NCBI GenBank assembly: GCA_009103225.1
Contig: RHPI01002836.1
Location: 124,001-188,000 of the forward strand
Reading direction: 5' to 3'
Length of the DNA: 64,000 nt
From: Chlorokybus atmophyticus
Lineage: Eukaryota > Plantae > Mesostigma and Chlorokybus algae
Below the pieces are notes generated by a model. That model saw only the letters and a list, made by a program, of their open reading frames with translations. It ran no database searches and was not told the DNA's origin. A program made the position numbers and the translations under genes. Below are positions 50,218 through 60,966 of this stretch, in pieces (the first letter of the stretch is position 1; each line of letters starts with the position of its first letter).

Positions 50218-52473
50218 ATGGCGGGAGCAATTAGGTTTGTAGGGTTTAAGGCCGCAGCCAGGGAAGCACACGGCTGTGGCAGCGGCGGCGGTGGAGGCGG
50301 AGGAGAAGGTGGTGGCGGCGCTGGAGTAGCGCTGGTCACCATTCTCTTGCCTACCGTACAGGTATGAACCATGAACAGAGGCTTTTAGCTGCAGTAGCGG
50401 TAATGCTGGTGATGTTGGTGAGGGCGTCGCTGCACCTGCAGTATGTGCACAGTTGCTTGCCCTAATGCCCTAGTTGCTTGTGGTGCACAAGATGGACGGC
50501 TATGTGCAACCCAACTTGAGCACGCCATTGCAGCCTTCAAGCGAGTACTACAATGGCTTTGTTAGTCAAGGTAAGTAAATACAAGCGATAATGTTGTGCA
50601 TTATGCTTGCATGCGTGCCATGCTGTTTGTGCATTTACTGGGTGTGTGTTCTGCTTGTTAAGCACGTGTGTATGTGAGCAGGGCAGGGCGATAGCCAAGG
50701 TAGTGACTACCAGCAGCAATTCCATCACCAACAATCAACGCAAAGGCAGCAACATGATAAGTGATCTGTTGCTGTTAACGATGTTGTCCAGTTTGCTTGC
50801 ATGCATGTCTGTGCATTCACGTGTGTTCTGCTTGTTCGTTTGCTTGTTCATGTGTGTGTGTGAGCAGGACTTTTTGATAGCCAAGGTACTGACTACCAGC
50901 AGCAATTTCATCAGCAACAACCAACGCAACATCATCAACCAGGTAACTGGTTTGTGGCCATTAACGCCCATGTGCAGATTGCTTGCATGCGTATCATGCT
51001 GTTTTGCATTCACAACAGTTGCGTTCTGCTTGTTAATCATGTGTATGTGCGAGCAGGTCATTGCAATAGCCAAAGCACTGACAACCAGCAACAACCAGCG
51101 CAACATCAGCAACAACATGACCCTCAGCAGCAGCCACCTTGTGTGCAAATGCCTGGCGCACAACCAAGGATGGCTCCACAGCAGCTACCACCAGTTGAAG
51201 TTCCCATACACCTGCGCCCCAAAAAAGCTCTTCGCTGGTCCCCAGAACTCCTGGCAGAAAATAGTAAGTGTAATGGGTGTTGCTTGAAGGTGCAGACCGT
51301 GCAACACTGTCATTAACGAACCATATGCAGTAATTAAAGAGAGGAAGCGTACGCTTGAGGCAGCGAAGGCAGCCAAAAAGGCCGGGATTGGAGGGGGGGG
51401 GGGGGGGGGGGGGGGGNNNNNNNNNNNNNNNNNNNNNNNNNNNNNNNNNNGGGGGGGGGGGGGGGGTTGATGCTAAGCCAACACGATGCAGAGACCCCGA
51501 GTGGAGTGCTGAGGAGACATTATGCTTGATTGATGCATGGAACGCCATGGATGCAAAGACTCTAGAGGGTGACATCTACCTGCAAACCAAGTCGCAGCCT
51601 CAGAAGTGGATGGAGGTGCTCGCCATGTGTAAAGAACAGGACGTATGGGTGCAGACTCTACCACAATGCAAGAACAGGTGTGTGCGTGTGTGTCTGCATG
51701 ATATACATGTTGCTGATGCTAAGACACTCTGCAGCTCATACACACGCGCACACATGCAGCATGTGTGCGGAGGCAAGCAGGACATGCATGCAACTAGATG
51801 CGTGCACACAAGTTTGATGTGACATCTACTTAGCAAACCGCCCACACAGCATTCAGCTCGTCAATCAGCACGCGCACACACAGCTGATCAGCCCTTCGTT
51901 CTAACACAGGTGGAAGGCAATCAAGGCCCAGTTCAACGAGGTTCGTGACTTCATCACTTCCAGCGGCAATAAGGATTATTTCCGAATGACAGCTGAAGAG
52001 AAAAAGGCAGCTAACATGAAGCCCCAATTGTTATTGAATTGTGCCGCATTGTATGACGCCATGTGGAATGGGCAGAAGAATTCCCATGCGGCAGACCCTA
52101 CGCAGTACTCATGGGATTCGTCAAGCCCTATACTAGATGCAGGTGCACATGTTATGCATAATACATTTGTGTATGGGCATTGGCGTTGTGTGTGTTCAAC
52201 ATAGCTGAGTAGGCTGTTGCAGACTCGGATAAAACACCAGCATCGGACAAGTCAAGCGGACGCAAGCGTAAAGGTGCGGATGCGTCAGATGCGGTGGTCA
52301 CAGCATTTAACTACACCGCCATGCTCATGGACCTAGAACGCGATCGCTTGTGGTCGCAGCAAGCTATGTTCAAAGAGGAGATGGAGTTCACGCGTGAACT
52401 CTCTAGGGACAGCAATGCAACATTAGAAAGATCCATTGCACTATTAGCAGCAGTCATGCGCCCATCCACCTAG
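50218..52473 (+). CDS. Harbinger Myb/SANT (trihelix-like) DNA-binding protein with Gln-rich N-terminus
   Basis: EWSAEETLCLIDAW...QKWMEVLAMC...QCKNR/WKAIKAQFNEVRDF...DYFRMTAEEKKAANMKP, then a coiled-coil-like C-terminal exon ending TAG at 52471-52473. Start is 50218 or 50492. The frame across the 51417-51450 gap cannot be verified. Confidence 0.82.
51417..51450. other. Assembly gap (N run) within a poly-G tract
   Basis: Run of n flanked by G homopolymers. Confidence 0.99.
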
Positions 52474-52477
52474 CTTC

Positions 52478-53888
52478 TCATACGTCAAATAGTTGAGATA
52501 GTATGTCTCTAATGTTGTGTGCATCAAAGTCTGCATCTGCTTCTGCTTATGGGTTATCCTCATCCGCATCTGCAATGACGTCCACCTCGGGCATTTCCTC
52601 TTTGCAGTCCAAGAGAAAATTGTGCAAGACTACACATGCCACAACCATTGTGGACACATGTTGTAAGTCATTGGTAATCTCCCTCCCGAGAAGCGTCCAC
52701 CTCTTCTTCAAAACCCCAAATGCATGCTCGACACACATACGCGCAGAGCTATGCTTGAAGTGGAATACACGCTTGTACTCTGGAATGGCCTGGTTGCCTC
52801 TCACACCAGGATATGGCGCGACAATGTGCTCAGAGTTAGGATAGCCCGCATCACCTGCACGCATGTCATGTGAGTGAGGTGCACAATAGCACCACAACTA
52901 GTACCACACGGGTTATCCACACAAGCTTACCCAACAGTTATGGCTTGATAGTGTCTCCCATTGGCAACTCCACTAGTGGTGTTTGCAACAACTCCCCGCG
53001 TTGTACACGTGCATAAAACCCAGAGTTACGCCAGATGCGTGTGTCGTGCACACTACCTGGGAAGCCCACGTTGATGTCCAAGAAACGAGCATCATGGTCC
53101 ACAATGGCCTGCAATTGTACAATTGCGGGTGTCCGCAAGCAACATGTATAGCGCAGGCATATGTTGCACATGCGTAAGCCATTATTGTCACCTGCATAAC
53201 GATGGTATATAATCCCTTGCGGCTCCAGAAATCAGCAGGTCGCACAATCTTGGGCTTGATGATGCGCATGTGTGCAATCTATGGCTCCAGCACAGCCCAT
53301 AAACCCACTCTCACTCTTAAACTTCACCATGACACGCCGTAATATACGGTCCGTAGGCCCGTAAACATGTTGGCTGGCTATCTCTCTTAACTTTGTAACA
53401 AATGCAATAAGTATCTCGTGCACTGTGCTAACGCCCACTCCAAATAACTCTGAAATAGTCACATACTTTGCCCCATAAGCCAGCCTATAGATTGCTATGC
53501 CAACCCGCTTACGCAATGGTATTGCAAGCCTAGCGTTAGTATCTACAGCAGCCACACCACTAACCAACTCACACAATCTGTAAAAGGTGCTACGCTTCCT
53601 GCGGAAGTGTCAAATCCACATCTCAGTAGGCCATACAGCAGTCACAAAGTCAACAAACCAAGCTGTTGACCTTGGGAACACATACCAACCGCTTGTCTGT
53701 AAGCGTCTACTCTGCATGACTAATATCTCTGACATTCTGGTGAATGCATCGTGTCGTTGTGAACGCATGCGCTGACGGCGACGCAAAGCAGCTTTTCTCA
53801 ACACTCTTGCATGAGCAGTCATGCATTGACGGATAAGCAAAACGAGCACTAGTACGATGATCACAGTGAATCCATGAGGTCGCACCAT
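52478..53888 (-). pseudogene. Harbinger DDE transposase (DDE_Tnp_4 type), disabled
   Basis: Motifs FRRKRSTFYRLC, GAIDCTH, SRKGLYTIVMQ/AIVDHDARF, FPGSVHD, LLG/DAGYP, RMCVEHAFGVLKKRW, VACVVLHNF. Lesions are in-frame stops at 53610-53612, 52938-52940 and 52547-52549 and a frameshift right after AIDCTH. Confidence 0.93.
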
Positions 53889-54380
53889 GCCTGCCAGAAA
53901 CAGCACCGGATGATGGGGCAATGCTTGACTATGGGACCCATGTGTGCTGCTATTATGCACAACGCCCACCACACTCAACCCCATCATGTTTATGAACTTC
54001 TCTCAGTGTGGTTGTAGTACCTGCTGGTTTGCGCCGCCTGTATCCACACGCTGCAACACGTTTTTGCTGGTTGGGAGTGAAGTGGTGAGTGTGGTGATGA
54101 CATGCAGGGTAAGAGAGGACGGGTTTATGCCGGTGACGCTGCGCCGCTTGTTGTTGATACAAGTGAGAGTGCGTGTGCCGCCGCCGCAAACAATATGGCC
54201 ACCCTCGCCACCGCCGTTGCCGCCGTGCAGGCCCACCAGAAGTCAGTCCAAGCCCAGCTGGACGACGCGCAGGACGTCTCTTACCGCGAAATTTAACCCA
54301 CACGCCCTTAACTCCGTAGTGCGAAACACGGTTAGCACAACACGGTATTGGTGTCCTAAACTCTAGGTTTAGCAGCTGTG

Positions 54381-54418
54381 CTAACCCCACGCCGCTAACT
54401 CCCGATGCGAAACGACCC
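54381..54418 (-). repeat. Harbinger right TIR
   Basis: Reverse complement reads gggtcgtttcgcatcgggagttagcggcgtggggttag. Confidence 0.93.
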
Positions 54419-54421
54419 TAA

Positions 54422-54547
54422 GGGTTTGTTGCTTGCGATGCGTGTGCAGCACCGCGCAGGAGGCTGAGCGCAGCCGTTTCGTAACGCGCTGTGAGGCCTA
54501 AGAGCGTGCGTATGCTCACTGTAGTTGCAACGGCGTGCCCTAAGCTG
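54422..54547. repeat. ~125-bp diverged direct repeat, copy 2
   Basis: Homologous to 49824-49947; begins immediately after the right TSD. Confidence 0.85.
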
Positions 54548-57500
54548 CCATCCACTCTTCAATCGTACCTTCCGTTCTATAGCTCGCGTGCCCTATTAGC
54601 CCTAGCTGCCCGACCCTGCCCCGCCTTGCCTTGCCTCGCCACCTGAATTGCGCAGTCTCTCTTAGCACAAAGCTTATATGTGTGGTCCGTTGAGCTCGTG
54701 TTTGAAGGTTGGTTGTAGCGGGTTGTGCATAGGAGCAAGCATTTGGTGTCAAGTTTCTTTGGCTCATGTGCGTAGATCATTGTAGCAGTTTGTGAGTTGA
54801 TTGTGCGGATCTCACTGCAGAGCCTTACTGTGCAGCTCTTGGGATTAGTCGTAACTACTTGCATGCACTGACACTAATGAGGTGTAAAGCGCGGTGTTTT
54901 CTTAAAACCCTCTACTGTACAAGAGACCGTATGCTAGATTAGCAGCATGCAGGTGTATAACATACACAATGCCAGCACAACATGCCGCACTCAGCACATG
55001 GTATCTCATGCTTATACTCTACACCAGCAGTTCACCACCAGGCTAGCTACTCCAACCAACACATGATGGATTAGAGATTGATGTACACCAAGCCCCTACG
55101 CCGTTGGTCAGACCCACATGCATGTCTAGCAATCACCTGCGCATGCGCATTTGGTCAGCGGCCAGCATCTTCACAACCGTGGACTTTTCCTCCCCCGTCT
55201 CCATCGCCTCTGCCGCCGCCGTCCGTCTGGTGAGCACCCTGCCGCAACCTCCATCGCTGTGCAATGGAGTTGCGCCTATTGGCGCGCAGCATGCATGCTG
55301 ACGCACTGCATGCATCACTCCCTTGTCTGTGGCGCAGCTTGTGCAGTCGCGGTCGTTGTTATGTCAAATTGTCAATGTGCTTGGATGCAATGCATGCACT
55401 TAACATACATATTTTGCCTGCACTGCATGCTATCGCATGTACTGTCGCACTTAATGTGTTATCGTATTAGCAAAGGGACACGCGCAGGGACACCGCGAAC
55501 GTTTACCCTCAAAGTCCGGGTTGCTACTTCACCCACTTGCGGCCACAGTGTACAGTTGCCCAACGGCAGCTGGCTCACTGTGGTGCTTTGCGTAGGTGAG
55601 GAGCTGCTGCTGTGGTTGCTGCCTTGCCGTGTTTTAAGTGCTGCTGTGGGTCCAGCGCACTACTGCTACCATACTTGATGGTTGCTATTGTCGTACCCAC
55701 GATGACTTGTGCTGATGCATCTACTGCTGCTGCTGTACTTGCTGCTTGCTGCTGTCGCATCAACGCTAACTGGTGCTGCTTGTTGCATTTAGTGCTGTAT
55801 GTCGTACTAACGCTAACTTGTGCTGCGTGTTGCACCTACCGCCGCTACTATACTTGCTGGTTGCTGCTGGCGTATTCAATGATTGCCTTTAAGGCAAGTT
55901 GCCCTAATGCCAACTTGTCTACTGTGCACTGACCACCAATACGATTGCTACGCTTGCTTGCATAGCATTGTGCTTGTGCATTCACAATCACCGCATTGTT
56001 TTCTAAAGCAGTGACTTTGTGGATAAAAGTTGCCGGTTGCAATATGTAAACAAGTGCTCATACAGCAAGCAAACAATCTTCTCAACTGACTAGCTTATTC
56101 ACTCCATTGGCATGTAGATATGCACGATTGCCTCTTGTATCTCTCAATCACACTTGCATTAAACAGTGGCAGCTAAGCAATGGATAATAAAGACAGTTAT
56201 CGAGTTTATTCAGTTGTGGCGAACTTGCACATACACATACTCCAGCATAAAAGAGTAAAAGTCATCGCATCTGACATTCATGACAGTTACATTATTTGTT
56301 CACACACAAAAACCGAAATTAAACGTACAGCTTAATACGTTAAAACCATAATAACAACACTTGACATGCATACAATCCATTAGCTTTATTTGAAGGGATC
56401 ATCCATGCATTTTCACAGAAAACTAGGTGTTAGTGTATGAGCTAGACTGTAGGCAGTATTCGGCGACAATTACGGTATTTATTCAAGTACACTTTATACC
56501 TTTAAGTATTCACGAACAACCACATTGCCTATTGAGTAACAACTTTCACGGCATTTGTCGAGGATATGCAGCTTTTCGCAGCAGGAATCGTACAACCCCA
56601 ACAAGCATTATTTACCACGTATTCACTGACGTTGTTGTTGAATATGCATATGATCCCGCGCTGAATGTTCAGGAATTGGGCGGATAAACGATTACCGGTG
56701 CTATGGGGCCGCGTCAACGCCGCTATCAACATGCTCAACAAGTACTTGAGGGCCGCCAATGGCATACCGGATTCACAGTGCTTTGTTATCCTCTTGCGCA
56801 TCCATGAGCTTTTCATTTGCGAGGTACATCATGTATCGTACATGCCGTTCATCAGTGCGTTCAACTCGCTTTGCAAAATGTGCTGTGAGTCACGTCGTGT
56901 AGCTCACCATGACAGTGACTCAAATGCATGTGGTGTGCTAATATGCAATAGCTTAACATCATTGTGCTGGGACAACGCGTCGTGGCATTGGACGACCCGA
57001 ATGGCGGTGGCAACGGCAATTGCCACGTCAATCTACTGGTAGGGTGCGTAAGAAGCGGGCTCAACCTGTGCAAATAGCCACACATATCTGCTTGTAGGGT
57101 AAGAGTGTAGTCGGCATGTATTGACCTGTGTTAGCTTCCTCTTTAACGCGCGTGTTTATTGCGAATGTTGCTGGCTTTGGGCATCAGAACCTTGCTCTCG
57201 CAATACCTCAACATTGACGACGTACACTTGTGGCAGCGGGAAGAAGACTTCCGCAGCCGCCTGAAACTAATGTAGCCATTGAGCCCTGATACCTGGCCAG
57301 GCACAGTGTGCACCAAATATTTCCAAGTTGTAGAAGCACCAACACACAGACCCTTAAGTGAGAAAGATTACCTGCGTCTCATGCTATGTTAACACTTGCG
57401 TTCTTGCATCTTCTCCCAGCCATCCTTCAAACTTGCGGAGTGCATGATACTCAAAGAGTGACTCACCACCATCAACTCAGTCCGCGCTGCCCCCCGGCAT

Positions 57501-57899
57501 ACTTAGCTGGCATCCTGATCCCGTCCGCTCGGCACAACAATGTTGTGCCACTCTGCAGCCGCTTCAATCCCTGCAAGCCATTGAGCTTTGACTCAGATTC
57601 CACCTGCTAGGAACAATAGACAATCAAGTGGTGCTTGTGTGTGCTTTGTGGAGCACTTACAACATGCACTTGAATGTGATTATGCACACGGCTTACCATG
57701 GGCAACACCAGCCTGGCGCACACATGACACAGCACATAAGCTTAACATGGCGCAAGAAGAGAGAGATGCTTGATAGGTCGCACTCAGCGTGCAGATGCAA
57801 TTACCAACTTAGAGGAGTTTGACTTGTGCGCAACTTGCCCCCTCCTTTGTATACGTTGGCATGTGCAGCACCAACATGTGACTGGCACTTCAGAAGCTC

Positions 57900-60800
57900 A
57901 ACGACAAAAGAGCAGTCTGCCCTGAGGTTTATGTGACAGGGGTAGACACTACATATACAAATGTACATGGGTGCAGTCATAGTGTGCGCCTCAGATAGCA
58001 CTATGCCTTATAGCCGAGCGTCTCCATGACCCGCATGCAAGCAGAATCTTGCGCAAGCACTGCGAGTGCGCGTTTGGCTTCAGCTCAGTCACGGGCCACC
58101 ATCGCGATGAGAGCCTTGATAGCATCTGCAGTGGCAAGGGCTGACCTGGCAACAGCGTCACTTGCAACGTTTGCTAATGCTCCTGTGGCTGCTTCGTGGT
58201 GCTGACCTCGGCCAGTACACAACGATGCTATCAGCAACTTCGGACCGTTGGCCTTCACAATAGCACCAATGCAGTTCCTGTTGGATGCCAACTTTCGAAG
58301 TGTTATCGCTGCCTTTGTCTGGCCCCTTGCGCACCCGTTCTGCACCAATGTACGCCGCAGGGGTTTGATACCATGCCCCAACAATGGCAGAGGTGATGTC
58401 TGTATGGTGTGAGAGCTCCGCTAGGAGGCTAGCAGCAGCCCGTTGCAGACAACCCCTGTGCAGCATGGCAACTGCTGCATTGATGCCGCCTGCTTGTGCG
58501 ATGGCCACTTTGTGCTCTGTCTCAAAATCTAGCTCGCACAAAATGTGAGCCGCAGCAAGTCGCAGTCTGCTTGACCGTGTTCCATCAATGCGATGAGGGA
58601 CTCAATGCCCCCAGCCCGTGATACAGCAGCCCTGCACTGCTCTTCAACCGCCAGAGTGCCAATCACTGATACAGCTGCACGCTGGCAATGCACGTCATCC
58701 CTCAACATGCCCATAAGCGCCTCAACAACACCGCCTGCCGCCATGGACTTGCCAATGCGCGCAAGCTGCGCTACTAGCTGGACCGCAAGCTCCTGACAAT
58801 CAGTGCTAGTGTCTCCCAGTAAGGTTGTTAACGCCTGGGTAACTGCACCGCACTCGTCGCCCACACTGGCAATACTCTCCAACACTGCCATTGTGCCCCC
58901 TGTGCACACTGCATTGTGATCTAGGAACGCAACTAACCGCACAATGTCGTGCACTCTACAACCAAACCCGCACAATATCCTGCTGATGCCAGGGCGCGAA
59001 GCGCTGCTGCCACTGTCACCTGGCATTGTTGCGCATCTTCGGCCAGCAATGCCTTTACCAAGCCCCGCGCTGCCATTGCTGCCATGCGCCTGCAGTCTGT
59101 CATTCCAGTCTCCAACATAAGCATCAAATCTGTCATGCCACCGCTGCTTACAATGGCCGCTCTACTCGCGCGATCATCAGCCAACCATGACAATGCTCCT
59201 GCCGCCTTCTCCTGAGCCTTCAGGTGCCTAAGATCTCGTAGCAACTCAACCAGCAACTTCAGGCAGTCACCCCGTTGAAAGGTAATTTATGCGCGGTTGC
59301 TCTCCACTGCAATGCCCCAGATTGCATCTACAGTGGCAGCCTTGCTTTCAGGTGGGCCATGTCGCAATAGTTCCACACATGCTTCGCACCCACCCTCTCT
59401 GATTACTTTATTAACGAAGGCATCAGATACGGACAGCCTTCCCAGCGCGCTTGCTGCACTTTGTTGGCACTCTACTGGCAGTTCATTGTCGACATCGCCC
59501 ACAAACTCCGTTGCAAGCAGCAGCAACCACACCAGAGGCTTCATGGCGCATGCCTCCATTATTGCAGGTATGTGCTGCTCAGTCAAGGCCAGATTTGCCA
59601 ACGCGTTGCTTGCAGCAATTGTCGCAAGGCACTCATTCGTACGTCTCTGCAGCAAAATGACAAGAAACTTGATACCCCTCGTCGTAACAATCTCATCTCG
59701 ACAAGTAGTCTCGTGCGCTAAGTACTGCAGCACTTGAGCTGCAAGTCTGCAGACCTCCTTGCCACCTGTGGCAGTTGTTGCTAACAGGATTGGGATGCCG
59801 TCCGCTTGCAGAATAGTCTCGTGCGCTAAGTACTGCAGCACTTGAGCTGCAATTCTGCAGACCTCCTTGCCACCTGTGGCAGTTGTTGCTAACAGGATTG
59901 GGATGCCGTCCGCTTGCAGAATAGAGCAGCATGCAATCTCGAAAGACTTCGATGCCTCGTTCTGTGACAACGAATCCACCAAGGTGCTCAGCGATTTCTG
60001 TTGCTCAAGATGGTTGCCCGAGCGCAACATCTGCAGACTGGATGCGTCAGCTTTATGTGCAGACTCATCAATAGCGAGTGGCTCCAAGCTGCTTGCAGCC
60101 CTTGCTGCCAGCACCTTCTCCTGCGCAGCCACCCTTGAAATCAACTGTGCAGCGCGCTCCTCGGCTTGCCTCGCAATCTGCTCTGCAGCCAGCTTTGCTG
60201 CCATTTGTGTAGCCACCGTTGAAGCCAGCTATACAGCGCTTCTCTGCCTGCTTCGCAGCCGTCTCTGCAGCCAGCTTGGCAGCCATCTCTATAGCAAGCT
60301 TGGCAGCATGCTCTTCAGCCTGCACCGCGGTCTCATTTGCAGCCTGTACTGCGGCCTGCTGCACAGCGCACTTCGCAGCGGCCTGCTGGTTGCGCCACTC
60401 TTCTATCGCATTGCGCAGACTATGGTGGTTGGTTGTAATTGTCGTCTGCTCAAGCTTCTGTCCTGGGAAAAAGAATTCTCACCATCATGACCGTTGCACT
60501 GCATGGCATGCAGATTGATCTACAGTACACTTCAAGCAACTGTAGCTTGTTCAGCAGAGGTGCACATGCCATGTGTTAGCACATGTGTGGCATTCTGTGC
60601 ACACGAAGTGCACCGCACATTGTGGTACACTTGCAAGCTCAGCGTGCCATGAGTGTGATCACAGGCTGTGTTCTTCATGCCATGATCAAGAAGACAGGCT
60701 GCATGCTTAATGATGGCATCAAGGCCGCAGAGAGCCAATGACGTGATCATGTCGTTGACTCTTGAGTTGCGTGCACTGGCAGTGCTCAACTCACCAGTGA

Positions 60801-60966
60801 CAGGGCAATTGCGGGTGCGTTTAAACCAAGACACAGCAGTGGACCGCTCCACAGTTTGACCAGACTCAACGATGATAACGGGATCGACCATGAGCTCCAG
60901 CGAAACGGGGCAGGTATGACTGGGCGGCACATTGCCATCATCTTGCTCAGCAGACTGGACATCCAT
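57900..60966 (-). pseudogene. U-box plus ARM-repeat (PUB-like E3 ligase) pseudogene
   Basis: U-box PPSHTCPVSLELMVDPVIIVESGQTVERSTAVSWFKRTRNCPVTG/QKLEQTTITTNHHSLRNAIEEW, an Ala-rich coiled coil, then many ARM units. Lesions are a frameshift near 60240, in-frame TAA at 59287-59289 and further frame changes near 59000, 58540 and 58350. Confidence 0.88.
59706..59924 (-). repeat. 108-bp in-frame tandem duplication inside the U-box/ARM pseudogene
   Basis: ILQADGIPILLATTATGGKEVCR(I/L)AAQVLQYLAHET occurs twice; only one nucleotide difference was seen. Confidence 0.95.

Larger units (their letters stand above)
50011..54418. mobile_element. PIF/Harbinger DNA transposon, full length (~4.4 kb)
   Basis: ~37-bp TIRs beginning GGGTCGTTTCGCA (two substitutions and one indel between ends). 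TAA target-site duplication at 50008-50010 and 54419-54421. Subterminal TIR-like repeats near 50090 and 54308. Convergent Myb/SANT and DDE transposase genes. Confidence 0.95.

Noticed and set aside
16153-50947. CRISPR-like arrays (55-bp, 35-bp and ~190-bp repeats)
   Set aside because: Units are directly adjacent or are intron-exon modules, with no unique spacers, only 2-3 copies, eukaryotic context and no cas genes.
49824-54547. Direct repeats flanking the transposon read as LTRs
   Set aside because: The element is defined by internal TIRs and a TAA TSD and has no gag/pol. Copy 1 ends about 60 bp before the TIR, so the repeats pre-date the insertion.
14971-59289. Stop-codon reassignment (TAA/TAG to Gln, as in some ulvophytes), suggested by several in-frame TAA codons
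   Set aside because: The internal TAAs occur only in loci that also carry frameshifts or other stops. One replaces the expected Tyr of PYLLGD rather than Gln. Intact genes end at TAG or TAA at the expected place (STR12 VPVY*, bZIP).
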